Source of the DNA: Escherichia phage PH1062
Direction: 5' to 3' (one strand)
Sequence record: OQ680139.1
DNA length: 49,857 bases
Part shown: piece by piece, positions 10,601-20,261 of the stretch
Position numbering within the stretch: position 1 is the first letter of the stretch
Layout of the letters: each line of letters starts with the position of its first letter
Notes under the pieces: generated by a model
Databases searched by the model: none
What the model was told of the DNA's origin: nothing
Seen by the model: only the letters and a program-made list of their open reading frames with translations
Translations under genes and position numbers: made by a program

Positions 10601-10982
10601 GCGCCGCTACCTTACGCAAGATCGGACGGTATGCGATAACGTGAGATTGAGTCGGGTTAACTGGTCGATTATCAACGACGCGCCAGTGCTGGCCATCAAG
10701 GATGATAATCATCCCATTCTCAATCGGTGTAACGTTAGAAAAGAACGCACGCTTGTCGCCCAGCTTGATAGATTCGCCATCAATCATGTGATAGCTGATC
10801 GCTCGTACAGCGCCGAAAACTTTTCCGCGAACCTCCGGTACTTTCACCTCTTCACCGTCAACCATTTGGACTCCGCCGCCAGTGATGATAATGTCGAATC
10901 CGACCTCATCGTTTCCAGAGAAGGCATTAATCCCCTGATCGGTAAGCCTTTGGACTTCGTTATAATCAATCATCGCACACAC
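10593..10982 (-). CDS. Head-tail joining protein (putative)
   Basis: 129 aa; position and overlapping-stop gene arrangement. Confidence 0.35.
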   Translation of the reverse strand: MCAMIDYNEVQRLTDQGINAFSGNDEVGFDIIITGGGVQMVDGEEVKVPEVRGKVFGAVRAISYHMIDGESIKLGDKRAFFSNVTPIENGMIIILDGQHWRVVDNRPVNPTQSHVIAYRPILRKVAAHG

Positions 10983-11383
10983 CCCCGCGCCCTAATACCA
11001 GAGATAAGGCCGAAGCCGCCGCCTTTCTTCTTGTTGAGAACGTCGTACATTTTGCCCCATGGGGTTTGTGTAATCTGACGCCCATCAGTGTTCTGAGTTA
11101 CAGATCCGTAGCCAGTCGAAAATTCACCGCTCAGGGAGAACGACGTTACTCGCCGTGAGTAGTTCTCCAGACTTTCATTCTCTCCCTTCATTGCACCATC
11201 CAAAAACATCAAGTGCATGGTGTACAGGGCCAGCGCTTTGTAATAATCAGCGCCGAATTTGTTCTTGCACACGAATGACTCAGCCAGCATCATCCAGGCT
11301 AGGAAGGTGACGCTATCAACCTTTCGTAATGCTGGGGCCAACTGGCACATAAATTCGAACGCCTTAATCTGATCTTCATTCAT
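10970..11383 (-). CDS. Head-tail adaptor protein (putative)
   Basis: 137 aa; position downstream of capsid gene. Confidence 0.35.
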   Translation of the reverse strand: MNEDQIKAFEFMCQLAPALRKVDSVTFLAWMMLAESFVCKNKFGADYYKALALYTMHLMFLDGAMKGENESLENYSRRVTSFSLSGEFSTGYGSVTQNTDGRQITQTPWGKMYDVLNKKKGGGFGLISGIRARGCVR

Positions 11384-11400
11384 AGTAGCTTCCTCATGTT

Positions 11401-11426
11401 AAAAAAAAGGGACGCATCAGCGCCCC
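11401..11426 (-). terminator. Intrinsic terminator
   Basis: GGGGCGC-tgat-GCGTCCC followed by T8 on the minus strand. Confidence 0.55.
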
Positions 11427-11432
11427 TATAGG

Positions 11433-11705
11433 TTATTTGTATTCCTTGCCAGTTTCAAGATCTTCAATATCTTTTACTTCTTTTTCCGGCTTAACCTTCG
11501 CTGACTTTTTGATTTCGGCGATGTACTCACGCGTGCGCTTCGGATCATCTTCGAACTCAATGTCTTTACGTAAGAACAGGTATTTCAACGCCTGGGATTT
11601 GATTTGTTCCTCTGTTACTTCCAGAGTGTCATCAGGTTTTAGATCTTGCTTTTCGATACGAATCAGACAAGCGCCGATGTTCTTAATTACGTTTTTCTTA
11701 GCCAT
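11433..11705 (-). CDS. Hypothetical protein
   Basis: 90 aa Lys/Glu-rich ORF with its own sigma70-like promoter and terminator. Confidence 0.5.
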   Translation of the reverse strand: MAKKNVIKNIGACLIRIEKQDLKPDDTLEVTEEQIKSQALKYLFLRKDIEFEDDPKRTREYIAEIKKSAKVKPEKEVKDIEDLETGKEYK

Positions 11706-11752
11706 GTTTATTTCCTTTTGATTAGTTTAACGAGTGTATTGCCTAGGTGTTC

Positions 11753-11781
11753 AATGTAATTGTTTTGATGTTGCATGTCAA
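11753..11781 (-). promoter_or_regulatory. Sigma70-like promoter TTGACA-17-TACATT
   Basis: Consensus -35 with 17 bp spacer, immediately after the capsid-gene terminator. Confidence 0.5.
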
Positions 11782-11782
11782 T

Positions 11783-11811
11783 AAAAAAAGCCCCTGACGT
11801 TAATCAGGAGC
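11783..11811 (-). terminator. Intrinsic terminator after major capsid gene
   Basis: GCTCCTGA-ttaacg-TCAGGGGC plus T7 on the minus strand. Confidence 0.65.
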
Positions 11812-11817
11812 TTTATC

Positions 11818-12771
11818 TTACTTACCTACGCCAACCAGCATGATGATAGTCAGCGGTCGATAAACGATCAGACCAGTAGTTTTAGAAGTGCACGGGACTT
11901 TAAAGTGCAAATCCTTAGCCTGCATCGGGAGCATATTGAAAGATTCCGGGATCTCGATGCTCATGTTCATTGGGTCTTTCTCATACGCCAGAACAGCTTT
12001 AGTGCCTGCACCGTCGATATCTTCCAGTTCGGAGATGGAAGAGATGGTGATGCCACCGTTCTGAGACTTGAACCAGTCCAGATAGCTCATCGTGGTTTCC
12101 GGCATACGCTTAGCGAGCAATTTACGCTGGGACGGCGGGATAACGATGTCGGTGATTTTATGCTGACCATTGGTCAGGGTTTCCATCTTCTCGATCAGGT
12201 CGGTCAGTTCTTCGCTTGCTTTCTCTGCATCAGCCCATGCGCCAGTAGCGGAGGTTACGCGGGTGATGTTCGGATGGTCGAAAACAGAGATGATTTTGTG
12301 AGGCTTTGAGCCTTTGAAAACCAACTGGTTAACCAGAGTTTCGTGACCTTCGCGCGCCAGAGTGGCTTTACGATCCGACAGGCTTGAACCAAGTGCCGCA
12401 CCAGTTTTAATCTCGTCGATAGAGATCAGCCACGCGTTACCGAGGCGGTGAACTCGACCAGATTCCAGACTGTGAGTAGCGTCAACAGTTGGCAGGTCGT
12501 CGGTGTAGTCAGCGATAATCTTCGCCATGGTCACGCCGTCAAACTTGAGATATTCGAACAGGTTAGCGGTCGGGCTAATCTCAGTAGTGACAGGGAACAG
12601 AGCCAGCGCGGAGGTTTCAGGGTAAGCCGCTTCATACTGGCGCTTAAGCAACTGAGTCATCTGTTTGACAGTCCAGATGCCAAGCTGGTCGGCTTTGTTG
12701 CCGCTTACGCCAAGCTGGCGCATACCATTAGTGATCATATTCTGTTCGAAAGCGTCGAGTTTCATAGTCAT
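11818..12771 (-). CDS. Major capsid protein
   Basis: 317 aa; size and position after protease/scaffold and decoration genes. Confidence 0.7.
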   Translation of the reverse strand: MTMKLDAFEQNMITNGMRQLGVSGNKADQLGIWTVKQMTQLLKRQYEAAYPETSALALFPVTTEISPTANLFEYLKFDGVTMAKIIADYTDDLPTVDATHSLESGRVHRLGNAWLISIDEIKTGAALGSSLSDRKATLAREGHETLVNQLVFKGSKPHKIISVFDHPNITRVTSATGAWADAEKASEELTDLIEKMETLTNGQHKITDIVIPPSQRKLLAKRMPETTMSYLDWFKSQNGGITISSISELEDIDGAGTKAVLAYEKDPMNMSIEIPESFNMLPMQAKDLHFKVPCTSKTTGLIVYRPLTIIMLVGVGK

Positions 12772-12823
12772 AATTTGTTTTCCTTTGTTTGTTAGAAAGC
12801 CGTGATTAAGTTCACGGCTCTAT

Positions 12824-12842
12824 AATAGCACTTTTTGTTAAG
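12824..12842 (+). promoter_or_regulatory. Copy of the 19 bp family element in reverse orientation relative to the capsid gene
   Basis: AATAGCACTTTTTGTTAAG on the plus strand, ~55-70 nt upstream of the minus-strand capsid start. Confidence 0.45.
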
Positions 12843-12865
12843 CGCGCAATAGATTTTTATGCATT

Positions 12866-12885
12866 AAAAAAGGGGCCGAAGCCCC
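12866..12885 (-). terminator. Intrinsic terminator after decoration protein gene
   Basis: GGGGC-ttcg-GCCCC plus T6 on the minus strand. Confidence 0.6.
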
Positions 12886-12894
12886 GTAATTTAA

Positions 12895-13506
12895 TTAAGC
12901 CGCCGCGCCAGGGTCGCCCTTGTCACCTTTTGGACCTTGCGGACCAGTATCACCTTTATCGCCTTTCGGACCTTGAGGGCCAGTGTCACCTTTTGGACCT
13001 TGCGGACCAACAACGGGAGCACCAGCAGATTGAAGCAACTGAATCTGAACGAGATCATATGTAGCATCATCAGATGATAACTTCTGACCAGTAAATTTAT
13101 AACCAGTTGCAATATCGCCATCTCGAGCAACTACGCCATCTGAGTTAAACAATACCTGCTTGCCGTAAGAGTAATCGTCATCAAGTAAACCAGCCTTAAC
13201 GACAGGAACCCATACGCGACCATGTGTAAGAACGTTTACAGCAATTCCGTCTTCATATTCACCACTTGCAGAGTATGCGTGGCTCATAACTGAAACGCCA
13301 ATCAATGGTAGAGAACTGTCAGTAGCAACCTTGACTACTTTGTGCCCGTCAACGGCTTGTACTTCACTCACTGCGAGAAGTCGCCCGACAGGGATTGAAC
13401 CATCAGCCGCGCAAGCCCCGTCAACATTGTAAAGGGAGGTGTCTGCGATTTGACCAGCATACGCTTTAGCGCGATGTACTGTGTAAGAAGCTTTGATTAG
13501 TGCCAT
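12895..13506 (-). CDS. Putative capsid decoration protein with C-terminal collagen-like Gly-X-Y repeats
   Basis: 203 aa ending VGPQGPKGDTGPQGPKGDKGDTGPQGPKGDKGDPGAAA; lies between scaffold and capsid genes. Confidence 0.55.
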   Translation of the reverse strand: MALIKASYTVHRAKAYAGQIADTSLYNVDGACAADGSIPVGRLLAVSEVQAVDGHKVVKVATDSSLPLIGVSVMSHAYSASGEYEDGIAVNVLTHGRVWVPVVKAGLLDDDYSYGKQVLFNSDGVVARDGDIATGYKFTGQKLSSDDATYDLVQIQLLQSAGAPVVGPQGPKGDTGPQGPKGDKGDTGPQGPKGDKGDPGAAA

Positions 13507-13559
13507 GATATTTTTCCTTTTTCACTTAGAGATTAAGCGGCCTTTCGACCGCCATTTTA

Positions 13560-14690
13560 TTACTTACGGAAGCGAGCCTGCGGATCAGGAATCGCGTCAT
13601 CATCTTTGCCGCCTTGAGCGCCATCAGCTTTGTCGCCGTGCACTTTAATGCGTTGAGCAGCCATCTTATCAGAATCGCGTGCGATTTCATAAGACTGATT
13701 GATGTATGCGTCGGATTTTTCTTTCGCGTCAATGCCGAGAACTTCGTCAATGACTGCCAGCTTGATAGCTTTCTCGTCCAGGCCGTCGCACTTGATACCC
13801 ATTCCGGAAGCTAATGCGATAACAGCGCCCAGCGCGTCAGCTTTTTCCTTTGCTTCCGCCAGAGCCGCTTCGATCTGAGCCGGAATGCCGTCAACCTTTG
13901 CTTTCAGCGCATCACGCTCAGCTTGCAGGCCATCGACTTTAGCACCAGCTTGCTCTGCTGCGGTTTGCAGTTTGCCGATGTGGTCAGCTACGTCTTTGGA
14001 CACTTCCACTTCTGCGGAATCAATTTTGATTTTTACGGTCATGTTACTTTCCTCATTGGTTAATTGAACATGCTCATCATATTTAATTTCTTCTGAGCCG
14101 TCAAGGTTTAATCTGGCAATACCTGCACGCCCGTGCTTTACCTTGGCAACGTGGTTTGGGATGATGTTCGTTTGCAGCACGTCGAACTCTTCCCATTCGT
14201 CAGTCATGACGGTTCCGTTAGGGAATTGCGCCTCCATACCTTCGGTGTCATCTTTGAATACATACTCACCAGTATTGACGTTGCCCCACCCTTCGCGGTG
14301 AATGTCATTAGTCTTGTAACCAACAGACAATTCTGCGGCGTCGCCACGCTTGGCGGATTCAATGGATTCTTTATCGTGGATTACAATCGGACACTTCAAT
14401 CCGATTCCATCACGACGACCAGCACCGGATAGTGAGCCAACAACAATCTTTCGTGCGTTGCTTGTGCTTACTTCCTGGTGGCCCTCTACGATAGGCATAC
14501 CGCGAAACAGTTCCATCGCCTCGGCCTTGAACACTTCGTTGGCTGGTCGGAACTCACGCTGCATTGTTCCATCGGCACGCATATATTCCTGAATACCGAT
14601 TCGCGCGATGATTGGCTCGTCGTGCATGAATCCGTTCGAGTCAAAGCGCGCTTTCAGTTGCACGCTGTCATATCGTTGCTTGGTGGTCAT
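13560..14690 (-). CDS. Prohead protease / scaffolding protein (fused)
   Basis: 376 aa; Ala/Lys/Glu-rich coiled-coil C-terminal half; position between head morphogenesis and capsid genes. Confidence 0.5.
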   Translation of the reverse strand: MTTKQRYDSVQLKARFDSNGFMHDEPIIARIGIQEYMRADGTMQREFRPANEVFKAEAMELFRGMPIVEGHQEVSTSNARKIVVGSLSGAGRRDGIGLKCPIVIHDKESIESAKRGDAAELSVGYKTNDIHREGWGNVNTGEYVFKDDTEGMEAQFPNGTVMTDEWEEFDVLQTNIIPNHVAKVKHGRAGIARLNLDGSEEIKYDEHVQLTNEESNMTVKIKIDSAEVEVSKDVADHIGKLQTAAEQAGAKVDGLQAERDALKAKVDGIPAQIEAALAEAKEKADALGAVIALASGMGIKCDGLDEKAIKLAVIDEVLGIDAKEKSDAYINQSYEIARDSDKMAAQRIKVHGDKADGAQGGKDDDAIPDPQARFRK

Positions 14691-14699
14691 ATATTACCC

Positions 14700-15479
14700 T
14701 TATGTGATTAATTGTGATTGTTTGCTGGTTGACATATCTGGAATTGCCCAGCATCGGCAACCGTAAGGCTCACCAGGGAACGGGTGATCGCTTGAGATCT
14801 CAATGCGTTTACCTTCCCATTTCACGTGCTGCAATCGCTCGCGCTCATCCAGTTTACCATGCCAGAAATAGTGAGTTACTCCCGCATCATCCAGGCGCTG
14901 GCGCATCAGTACGCTGTTCCAGGTGGACACAATTCCACGCGAGCGATTCACGGTCCAGCCAGTATACACCTTGTATCGCTGCTTTAAAACTTCATCAATC
15001 TGCTGACTGGTTTTATTGCGCACGTTTTCGACGCGAATGTTTTGCGACCAGTCAGAGATGATGTCTCTCGCTAACTTTAAAATACTCGCCTCAGCCGAAC
15101 CGCGCCATTGCGATGACTTCTCGCGATACCATGACTCATTGGCATTCGCCCCCAGCACCCCAAGCAAGATTACAGACTGGTTCTTTCCGCCACCTGCTTT
15201 CTTTGCCACGTTGAGAAATTGCTTTGAGTTGAATTTATAAATAGTCAGCGCCAGCGACGGAAGTGTAGCAACAATCGCCGCGATAAGTCCGGATGCATAT
15301 TCCTCTAGCTCACTTTCTGCATCATTTATTTCTTCGTCCGAAGCGTCGAATCTCATACCGCCAGTAAGCGATCTGGCTTTCTTTGCCACCTCGCCAGCGA
15401 ATGTTGACAATGAGCGGCTAAGTTGCCGCTCGCTTGCTTCGGGATAACTCCATTGATTTACAATGCCGTTAACCTTCAT
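14700..15479 (-). CDS. Head morphogenesis protein (SPP1 gp7 / Mu F-like)
   Basis: 259 aa directly downstream of portal gene. Confidence 0.55.
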   Translation of the reverse strand: MKVNGIVNQWSYPEASERQLSRSLSTFAGEVAKKARSLTGGMRFDASDEEINDAESELEEYASGLIAAIVATLPSLALTIYKFNSKQFLNVAKKAGGGKNQSVILLGVLGANANESWYREKSSQWRGSAEASILKLARDIISDWSQNIRVENVRNKTSQQIDEVLKQRYKVYTGWTVNRSRGIVSTWNSVLMRQRLDDAGVTHYFWHGKLDERERLQHVKWEGKRIEISSDHPFPGEPYGCRCWAIPDMSTSKQSQLIT

Positions 15480-15481
15480 GA

Positions 15482-16756
15482 TTATTCCTCGTTGTTCACC
15501 TGCGGGTTAGTCGGTTCGATTTCAAGCTCCGGCGCTGGGCCTTGAATCTTGATAAAGTCTGCGATTGCCTCAAGTGTATCACGCGCCTCGTCACGGTCAA
15601 TGACCTGATCCGCCAATAGCTTTGAGATTGACTCAACGTTATTCTTCAACGTCTCGGATTGTTCTTTCTCGCTTGGCATTGATAGTGGCTCGAATCGAAC
15701 TGACCATTCCTCTTCCTGCACAATCATAGGAATTAACCACTCCAGAAGCGGCCTGTAATACTCGTTACGCTTGCGGTCAATCATCTTGTAGAAAGTCTCA
15801 AGCGCTGTGTTCTGGCTCGCTGACACGCCGCCTACGTTCTTATTCTTGAGGATAATCTCATGAATCTGTGAGTAGTTAACGATGCGGTCCATCTTCTTAT
15901 CAAGGAAAGCATCAACGCCGCCAATGTCAGAGTTAAGAACGTCGTATTCTTCGTCAGTGGCATCAATGCCAATAGTCCTTCCTACGCCGCTGTTATCATC
16001 AACCTGCGCAAGTCGAAGCCGTGCTGCGTAACGACCTTCGTCATCGTCGCACAAATCCGCCAACCCTTTAGCTTTCCATACGCCCTGCTGCTTACGGCGC
16101 AATAGCTGTGTGGCAAGTTCTTCGCAGTAGTTGTAGTCCAAAATGGCATCAATCAATCCCTTGCTCAACACCGATGCGCCCCATTCGTTATTTTGCGCAC
16201 GAATTGAGTTAGGCAATCGCTCGCCAGAGTTAACATAGACTCTCGTGTAGTGAACATCGTATTCCGGTACGCCTCCGCCAGGGTTGATGGTATAAATCTT
16301 CGGCATGCCATAGCGAGGGTTGCGCGCGTTCTTCTCTCGGTCCTTGATGCGAATCTGCTCTTTTTCGTATACGCGGATTGATTCAAGCTGAGCACCTTCC
16401 TTGATTGGTGATGTCAGGAGTCGGTTGTCACGGACGACGGCGACGATGGCGGAACCACCATAAAGCCGCTCCCATGAGAACGCCTCGACAATCTGCTTGT
16501 TCAGCTTCATGCCATCCCACAAAGATTTGAACGCCTTCTCATCCTTCACCCCGTCCAGGCCGAATCCAGGGAAAACCATTTCCTCTGGAATAACATCGAC
16601 AATTTTCTTAGCCATAGGATCATCAATGTAAAACTGCGTCACATACATCTGATCGTATAGCGATGCAAGCGCGCCTCCTGCCGTACCTTCACCCTTAAAC
16701 GTCTTGTTGTAAGAGTCGGTCTTAACGCTTTTTTTACTCATCTGTTTTTCTCCCAA
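15482..16756 (-). CDS. Portal protein
   Basis: 424 aa; position after terminase large subunit. Confidence 0.8.
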   Translation of the reverse strand: MGEKQMSKKSVKTDSYNKTFKGEGTAGGALASLYDQMYVTQFYIDDPMAKKIVDVIPEEMVFPGFGLDGVKDEKAFKSLWDGMKLNKQIVEAFSWERLYGGSAIVAVVRDNRLLTSPIKEGAQLESIRVYEKEQIRIKDREKNARNPRYGMPKIYTINPGGGVPEYDVHYTRVYVNSGERLPNSIRAQNNEWGASVLSKGLIDAILDYNYCEELATQLLRRKQQGVWKAKGLADLCDDDEGRYAARLRLAQVDDNSGVGRTIGIDATDEEYDVLNSDIGGVDAFLDKKMDRIVNYSQIHEIILKNKNVGGVSASQNTALETFYKMIDRKRNEYYRPLLEWLIPMIVQEEEWSVRFEPLSMPSEKEQSETLKNNVESISKLLADQVIDRDEARDTLEAIADFIKIQGPAPELEIEPTNPQVNNEE

Positions 16757-16784
16757 TAAAAAAGGCTAGGTTGTTAGCCTAGCC
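16757..16784 (-). terminator. Hairpin plus T-run between HNH gene and portal gene
   Basis: GGCTAGG-ctaacaa-CCTAGCC followed by T6 on the minus strand. Confidence 0.5.
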
Positions 16785-16797
16785 ATTATACATGAGT

Positions 16798-17346
16798 TTA
16801 GCAATTCTCGCTATCCTTGCCGTGGTTTGTGTGATACCCAAGCTCATGCTCCGCGCTCTTCCTTGCGCAAACCGCATCAAACCAGTCATTATACCTGCCA
16901 AGATTTTTGTTCTTTCCGTCATCACCCATTATGCAAGCCATCCACATTTCATCGCGAGAATACCATGTAACACCTACGCAACCGCTTTTATTCCTTTTTG
17001 ATATTGAAAGGTTTCTGTTGTTTCCTCTATAGCTTTTAAGTTCAAGGTTTTCTATCCTATCATCATCTCTTACGTGGTTTATATGATCAATAACAAACCC
17101 TTTTGGAACGCTGGCTGCATTATTGTGAATACACCACACAATATGTGATCGTGGTATTTTCTTTTCAATACCTCCAATTGTAATCCACACATACCAGTAT
17201 CCGTTTGATTTATCTAGGTATCCAGCAGTATTGCCAACCATCCTATTAAACGCGTGATATGCACTCCTTTTACTAAAATCACTTTCTGGCCTTCCATTCC
17301 AGAAAACCTCTCCGCTTTTGTATGTAAAAATATCGCTGAATCTCAC
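16798..17346 (-). CDS. HNH homing endonuclease with AP2-type DNA-binding domain
   Basis: IDHINHVRDDDRIENLEL then NKSGCVGVTWYSRDEMWMACI; paralogous to 20784..21302 and 40529..41077. Confidence 0.75.
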   Translation of the reverse strand: MRFSDIFTYKSGEVFWNGRPESDFSKRSAYHAFNRMVGNTAGYLDKSNGYWYVWITIGGIEKKIPRSHIVWCIHNNAASVPKGFVIDHINHVRDDDRIENLELKSYRGNNRNLSISKRNKSGCVGVTWYSRDEMWMACIMGDDGKNKNLGRYNDWFDAVCARKSAEHELGYHTNHGKDSENC

Positions 17347-17396
17347 CTTAACACCTCATTAACTTTATTTATCTACACTAAATTATACAAAGCACG

Positions 17397-19007
17397 CTAA
17401 GGCGTGTTTTGACTTTTAGTGCTTTTCCTGAGTCCTGCGAGTTTTTTCATTCGTGCTACCGGATCATCAAGCAAGTTCATTTCGAAGTTTCCAGCATCAA
17501 CCACGTTATCCACTATATCATCGTGAGGATGGCTATCATCAAAGGTGAAGCCTACCAGTTCCGCTTCCATTTCAGTAAGCATTGGGTGAGATTCAGGAAA
17601 AACGATTCGCCCTGCTTTCATGATTGGTGCTGCGTCCATTGCACGCGTAACCTTGTCGGTATCTCGCTGCACTGGCGTGATGTCAATCGGGAGCTTCTTG
17701 TTAATTGACTGGATCAGGCCCGTACCGCTCGCTTTGTCTTCAATGTAAACCTTGCGTAATGACGTCTTGTTCTCCTTCGCCCACTTAAAGCAGTTGCCAT
17801 AAAAGTTAAGGGCCATCGTCTCAAGGTCCGGCGCTTCCCACTTACCGCGAATGCCGTCGATGAAATATACGCGATCCTTATACTTGCCCCACAAAACAAA
17901 GACGCTGTAGTCGTGAATTTCCTCGGCCTTCTGCGCAGTATCCGCAGTGGTAAAAAGGTATTCGAAGCGATCCGGTTTTGGCATATTGGCTTTCTCGCCG
18001 TCGCCGTAATACTGGAACCAGTCCGACTTAAACGCATTGCCACCAAGCGCAATGGGCTTCTGCTGATACTGAGACTCGAAGGTGTACAGGTCAGCTTCGC
18101 GCAACGCCAGTAGGCTTTCTGCGCTCTCCTTCGCGGGCCAGAAAGAGAAGTGCTCAACCCCGTCAATCATTACCGATGGGGACGATAGCACGTCTCTGTC
18201 AAATTCCTCTTTCAACCAGTCAGGAAGCGTGTCTCTGTATTCCTCAGTTACCAGCGCCGGAATGATTACCTGCTCAAACTTCATGCCACCCATACCTCCA
18301 TTCATCAGGAACCAAGTCGCATCGTTTACGTGTAGCCGCTGCTGGACAACAACGCATGGTGTCTTGTCATTCATTCTTCGCGATCGAACGGTGTTCTTTA
18401 ACAGCGTATGACCAGCCTTTCTCTTTACTGCTGAGTATAGGTCTTTCGGCTTCTCAGGGTCATCAAGCGTCAGCATACCAGTGAAGCCATCATCCATATA
18501 TCCACCACGCTTACCAGTTACCTGACCACCTATGGCTCGCGATGTTAACGTCAGCCACGCCTTGTCATTACTGTTTAGCGCTGTAATGTCTCCTCCTGAA
18601 GCCTTTGCTAGTTTGCAAGGCCATAACTCCTGGAACTCGTCAGATCCTATAATTTCACGAGTCCTGATCCCGTTGTCCTTAACAAGGCTATCTGAGAATG
18701 AAAGGTTCAGATTCCTTATCTTCTCACTCCTGAACATGCAATACACTGGCATGTGTATAGAAAAGATCTCAGTTTTGCCAGATCCGGGTGTGATATTGAA
18801 TATGATGTTTTGTATATCACCATTGATTATTTGCTCAACCTTCCAGCAAAGGTAGTTGAAATGCCAGTTCGACCTAAACTTTTGAGCCTGTATCAAAGCA
18901 AACCATATCTTCATGAAGTTATTAAATGAGTCCTCGCTCATTACCTTTATCACCGCCTTCTCTTTCTCCGTTAGGTTTTCCCATATCAAAATGTCTTTAC
19001 TAGCCAT
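17397..19007 (-). CDS. Terminase large subunit
   Basis: 536 aa; P-loop-like ITPGSGKTE, acidic C-terminal nuclease region; follows small subunit. Confidence 0.85.
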   Translation of the reverse strand: MASKDILIWENLTEKEKAVIKVMSEDSFNNFMKIWFALIQAQKFRSNWHFNYLCWKVEQIINGDIQNIIFNITPGSGKTEIFSIHMPVYCMFRSEKIRNLNLSFSDSLVKDNGIRTREIIGSDEFQELWPCKLAKASGGDITALNSNDKAWLTLTSRAIGGQVTGKRGGYMDDGFTGMLTLDDPEKPKDLYSAVKRKAGHTLLKNTVRSRRMNDKTPCVVVQQRLHVNDATWFLMNGGMGGMKFEQVIIPALVTEEYRDTLPDWLKEEFDRDVLSSPSVMIDGVEHFSFWPAKESAESLLALREADLYTFESQYQQKPIALGGNAFKSDWFQYYGDGEKANMPKPDRFEYLFTTADTAQKAEEIHDYSVFVLWGKYKDRVYFIDGIRGKWEAPDLETMALNFYGNCFKWAKENKTSLRKVYIEDKASGTGLIQSINKKLPIDITPVQRDTDKVTRAMDAAPIMKAGRIVFPESHPMLTEMEAELVGFTFDDSHPHDDIVDNVVDAGNFEMNLLDDPVARMKKLAGLRKSTKSQNTP

Positions 19008-19046
19008 GATTCCCCCGCTCCCCGTGAATGGATTCTGTTTATCAAT

Positions 19047-19565
19047 TTAAATCTTATCAAGAACGCTTCTTACGGCATCCTCAACAGTCTGGGTGTCATT
19101 GACTACATTGTTGACGTTAACCTCAGCGGCCTTGTCAATGCCAATTTCTTTACCTACGAATCCAGCGTTAATGATATTTGATGCAGCAAGCTGATATTTT
19201 TGCTCACGGATGACTGAGTCAACGAACTCCATCACTTCAGCGAATCCAGGTGATGCGCGCCAGCTCTGAATTGATCTTGCCGTAACTCCGCAGTACAGGC
19301 AGAAGCCATTCAAAGTGAAGATGCGAGGCTTATGCACTAGGTTTTCAGTGACAACGCCCTGGAAGCTCGCCGTTTCGATTGCCTTAATTGCCTGGTCCTC
19401 GGCCCATGAGAAATATTTAACCGCAAGGTTGAATACAGTCTCTGGTGTCATTGGGTGGCGGTGGCTCAGGTTGGCGATATCGCCATACTTTTTATTGTAC
19501 AGCTCTTTGAAGTTGCCAATGCGCACCTTCTCTTGAGCGGTGCTGGTGAAGTTTTCATCTTTCAT
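19047..19565 (-). CDS. Terminase small subunit
   Basis: 172 aa immediately upstream of the large subunit. Confidence 0.6.
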   Translation of the reverse strand: MKDENFTSTAQEKVRIGNFKELYNKKYGDIANLSHRHPMTPETVFNLAVKYFSWAEDQAIKAIETASFQGVVTENLVHKPRIFTLNGFCLYCGVTARSIQSWRASPGFAEVMEFVDSVIREQKYQLAASNIINAGFVGKEIGIDKAAEVNVNNVVNDTQTVEDAVRSVLDKI

Positions 19566-19616
19566 GGTTTCATCCTCTTGTTGAATAGGAAGGAATTATA
19601 CCAGATTGCATGGCGT

Positions 19617-19638
19617 AAAAAAGCCCCAATTAAGGGGC
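19617..19638 (-). terminator. Intrinsic terminator before the packaging module
   Basis: GCCCC-ttaatt-GGGGC plus T6 on the minus strand. Confidence 0.55.
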
Positions 19639-19692
19639 TCCTGTTTAAGATACATGTTGTTAAAGTGCAAGGCACTTGCCAACCCATTGGTA

Positions 19693-19875
19693 TTAATATT
19701 CGTAATGACCTTCATTCCACATGGCCATCTCGTCAAAAACAGCCTTCTTGTAAGACTCGAAGCTACCATCCTTAACTTCATCATGAATGTGCTCGCATCT
19801 ATATGCTGCTATGTAAGCATCCTGGTTGATAATTCCGTAAAACTCAAATGCTTTGATTAGATTTTCAATACCCAT
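19693..19875 (-). CDS. Hypothetical protein
   Basis: 60 aa ORF. Confidence 0.4.
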   Translation of the reverse strand: MGIENLIKAFEFYGIINQDAYIAAYRCEHIHDEVKDGSFESYKKAVFDEMAMWNEGHYEY

Positions 19876-20027
19876 CTTAATACCCCTTTTGCTTTTTCTT
19901 CTTTCGTTAATTGATGTAATGATTATGCCTACATCTAATCAATTCATCAAATCAATTTATTAATCGAATCGATTGAGTATATTTATCTTTGATATGAAAA
20001 AAGCACCCCGAAGGATGCTTAAATGAA

Positions 20028-20261
20028 TCAATCAACGTATTTGATGGCCCCAGGCTTCCGCCCCGATCGAATATCGTTAATCTCGTTAAACACTGAGATG
20101 AACTTACCGGATACTCGCCACTGCTTTTTCTTCTCATCGTATCGCGCTTGTGCGAATTGTCCGCGCCTGATTAGCTTAGCTACCCAGGCGCAGGAAAGCG
20201 AAATGTTCAGGACGGAAGCGAGAATAAAACCATAAAAAAAACCATAAATAAACATCAGCAT
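20028..20261 (-). CDS. Hypothetical membrane protein
   Basis: 77 aa; hydrophobic N-terminal segment MLMFIYGFFYGFILASVL. Confidence 0.45.
   Translation of the reverse strand: MLMFIYGFFYGFILASVLNISLSCAWVAKLIRRGQFAQARYDEKKKQWRVSGKFISVFNEINDIRSGRKPGAIKYVD

Noticed and set aside
12891-13130. 79 aa ORF in an alternative frame across the collagen-like repeat
   Set aside because: Artefact of the triplet-periodic repeat; the Gly-X-Y frame is continuous with the 203 aa protein.
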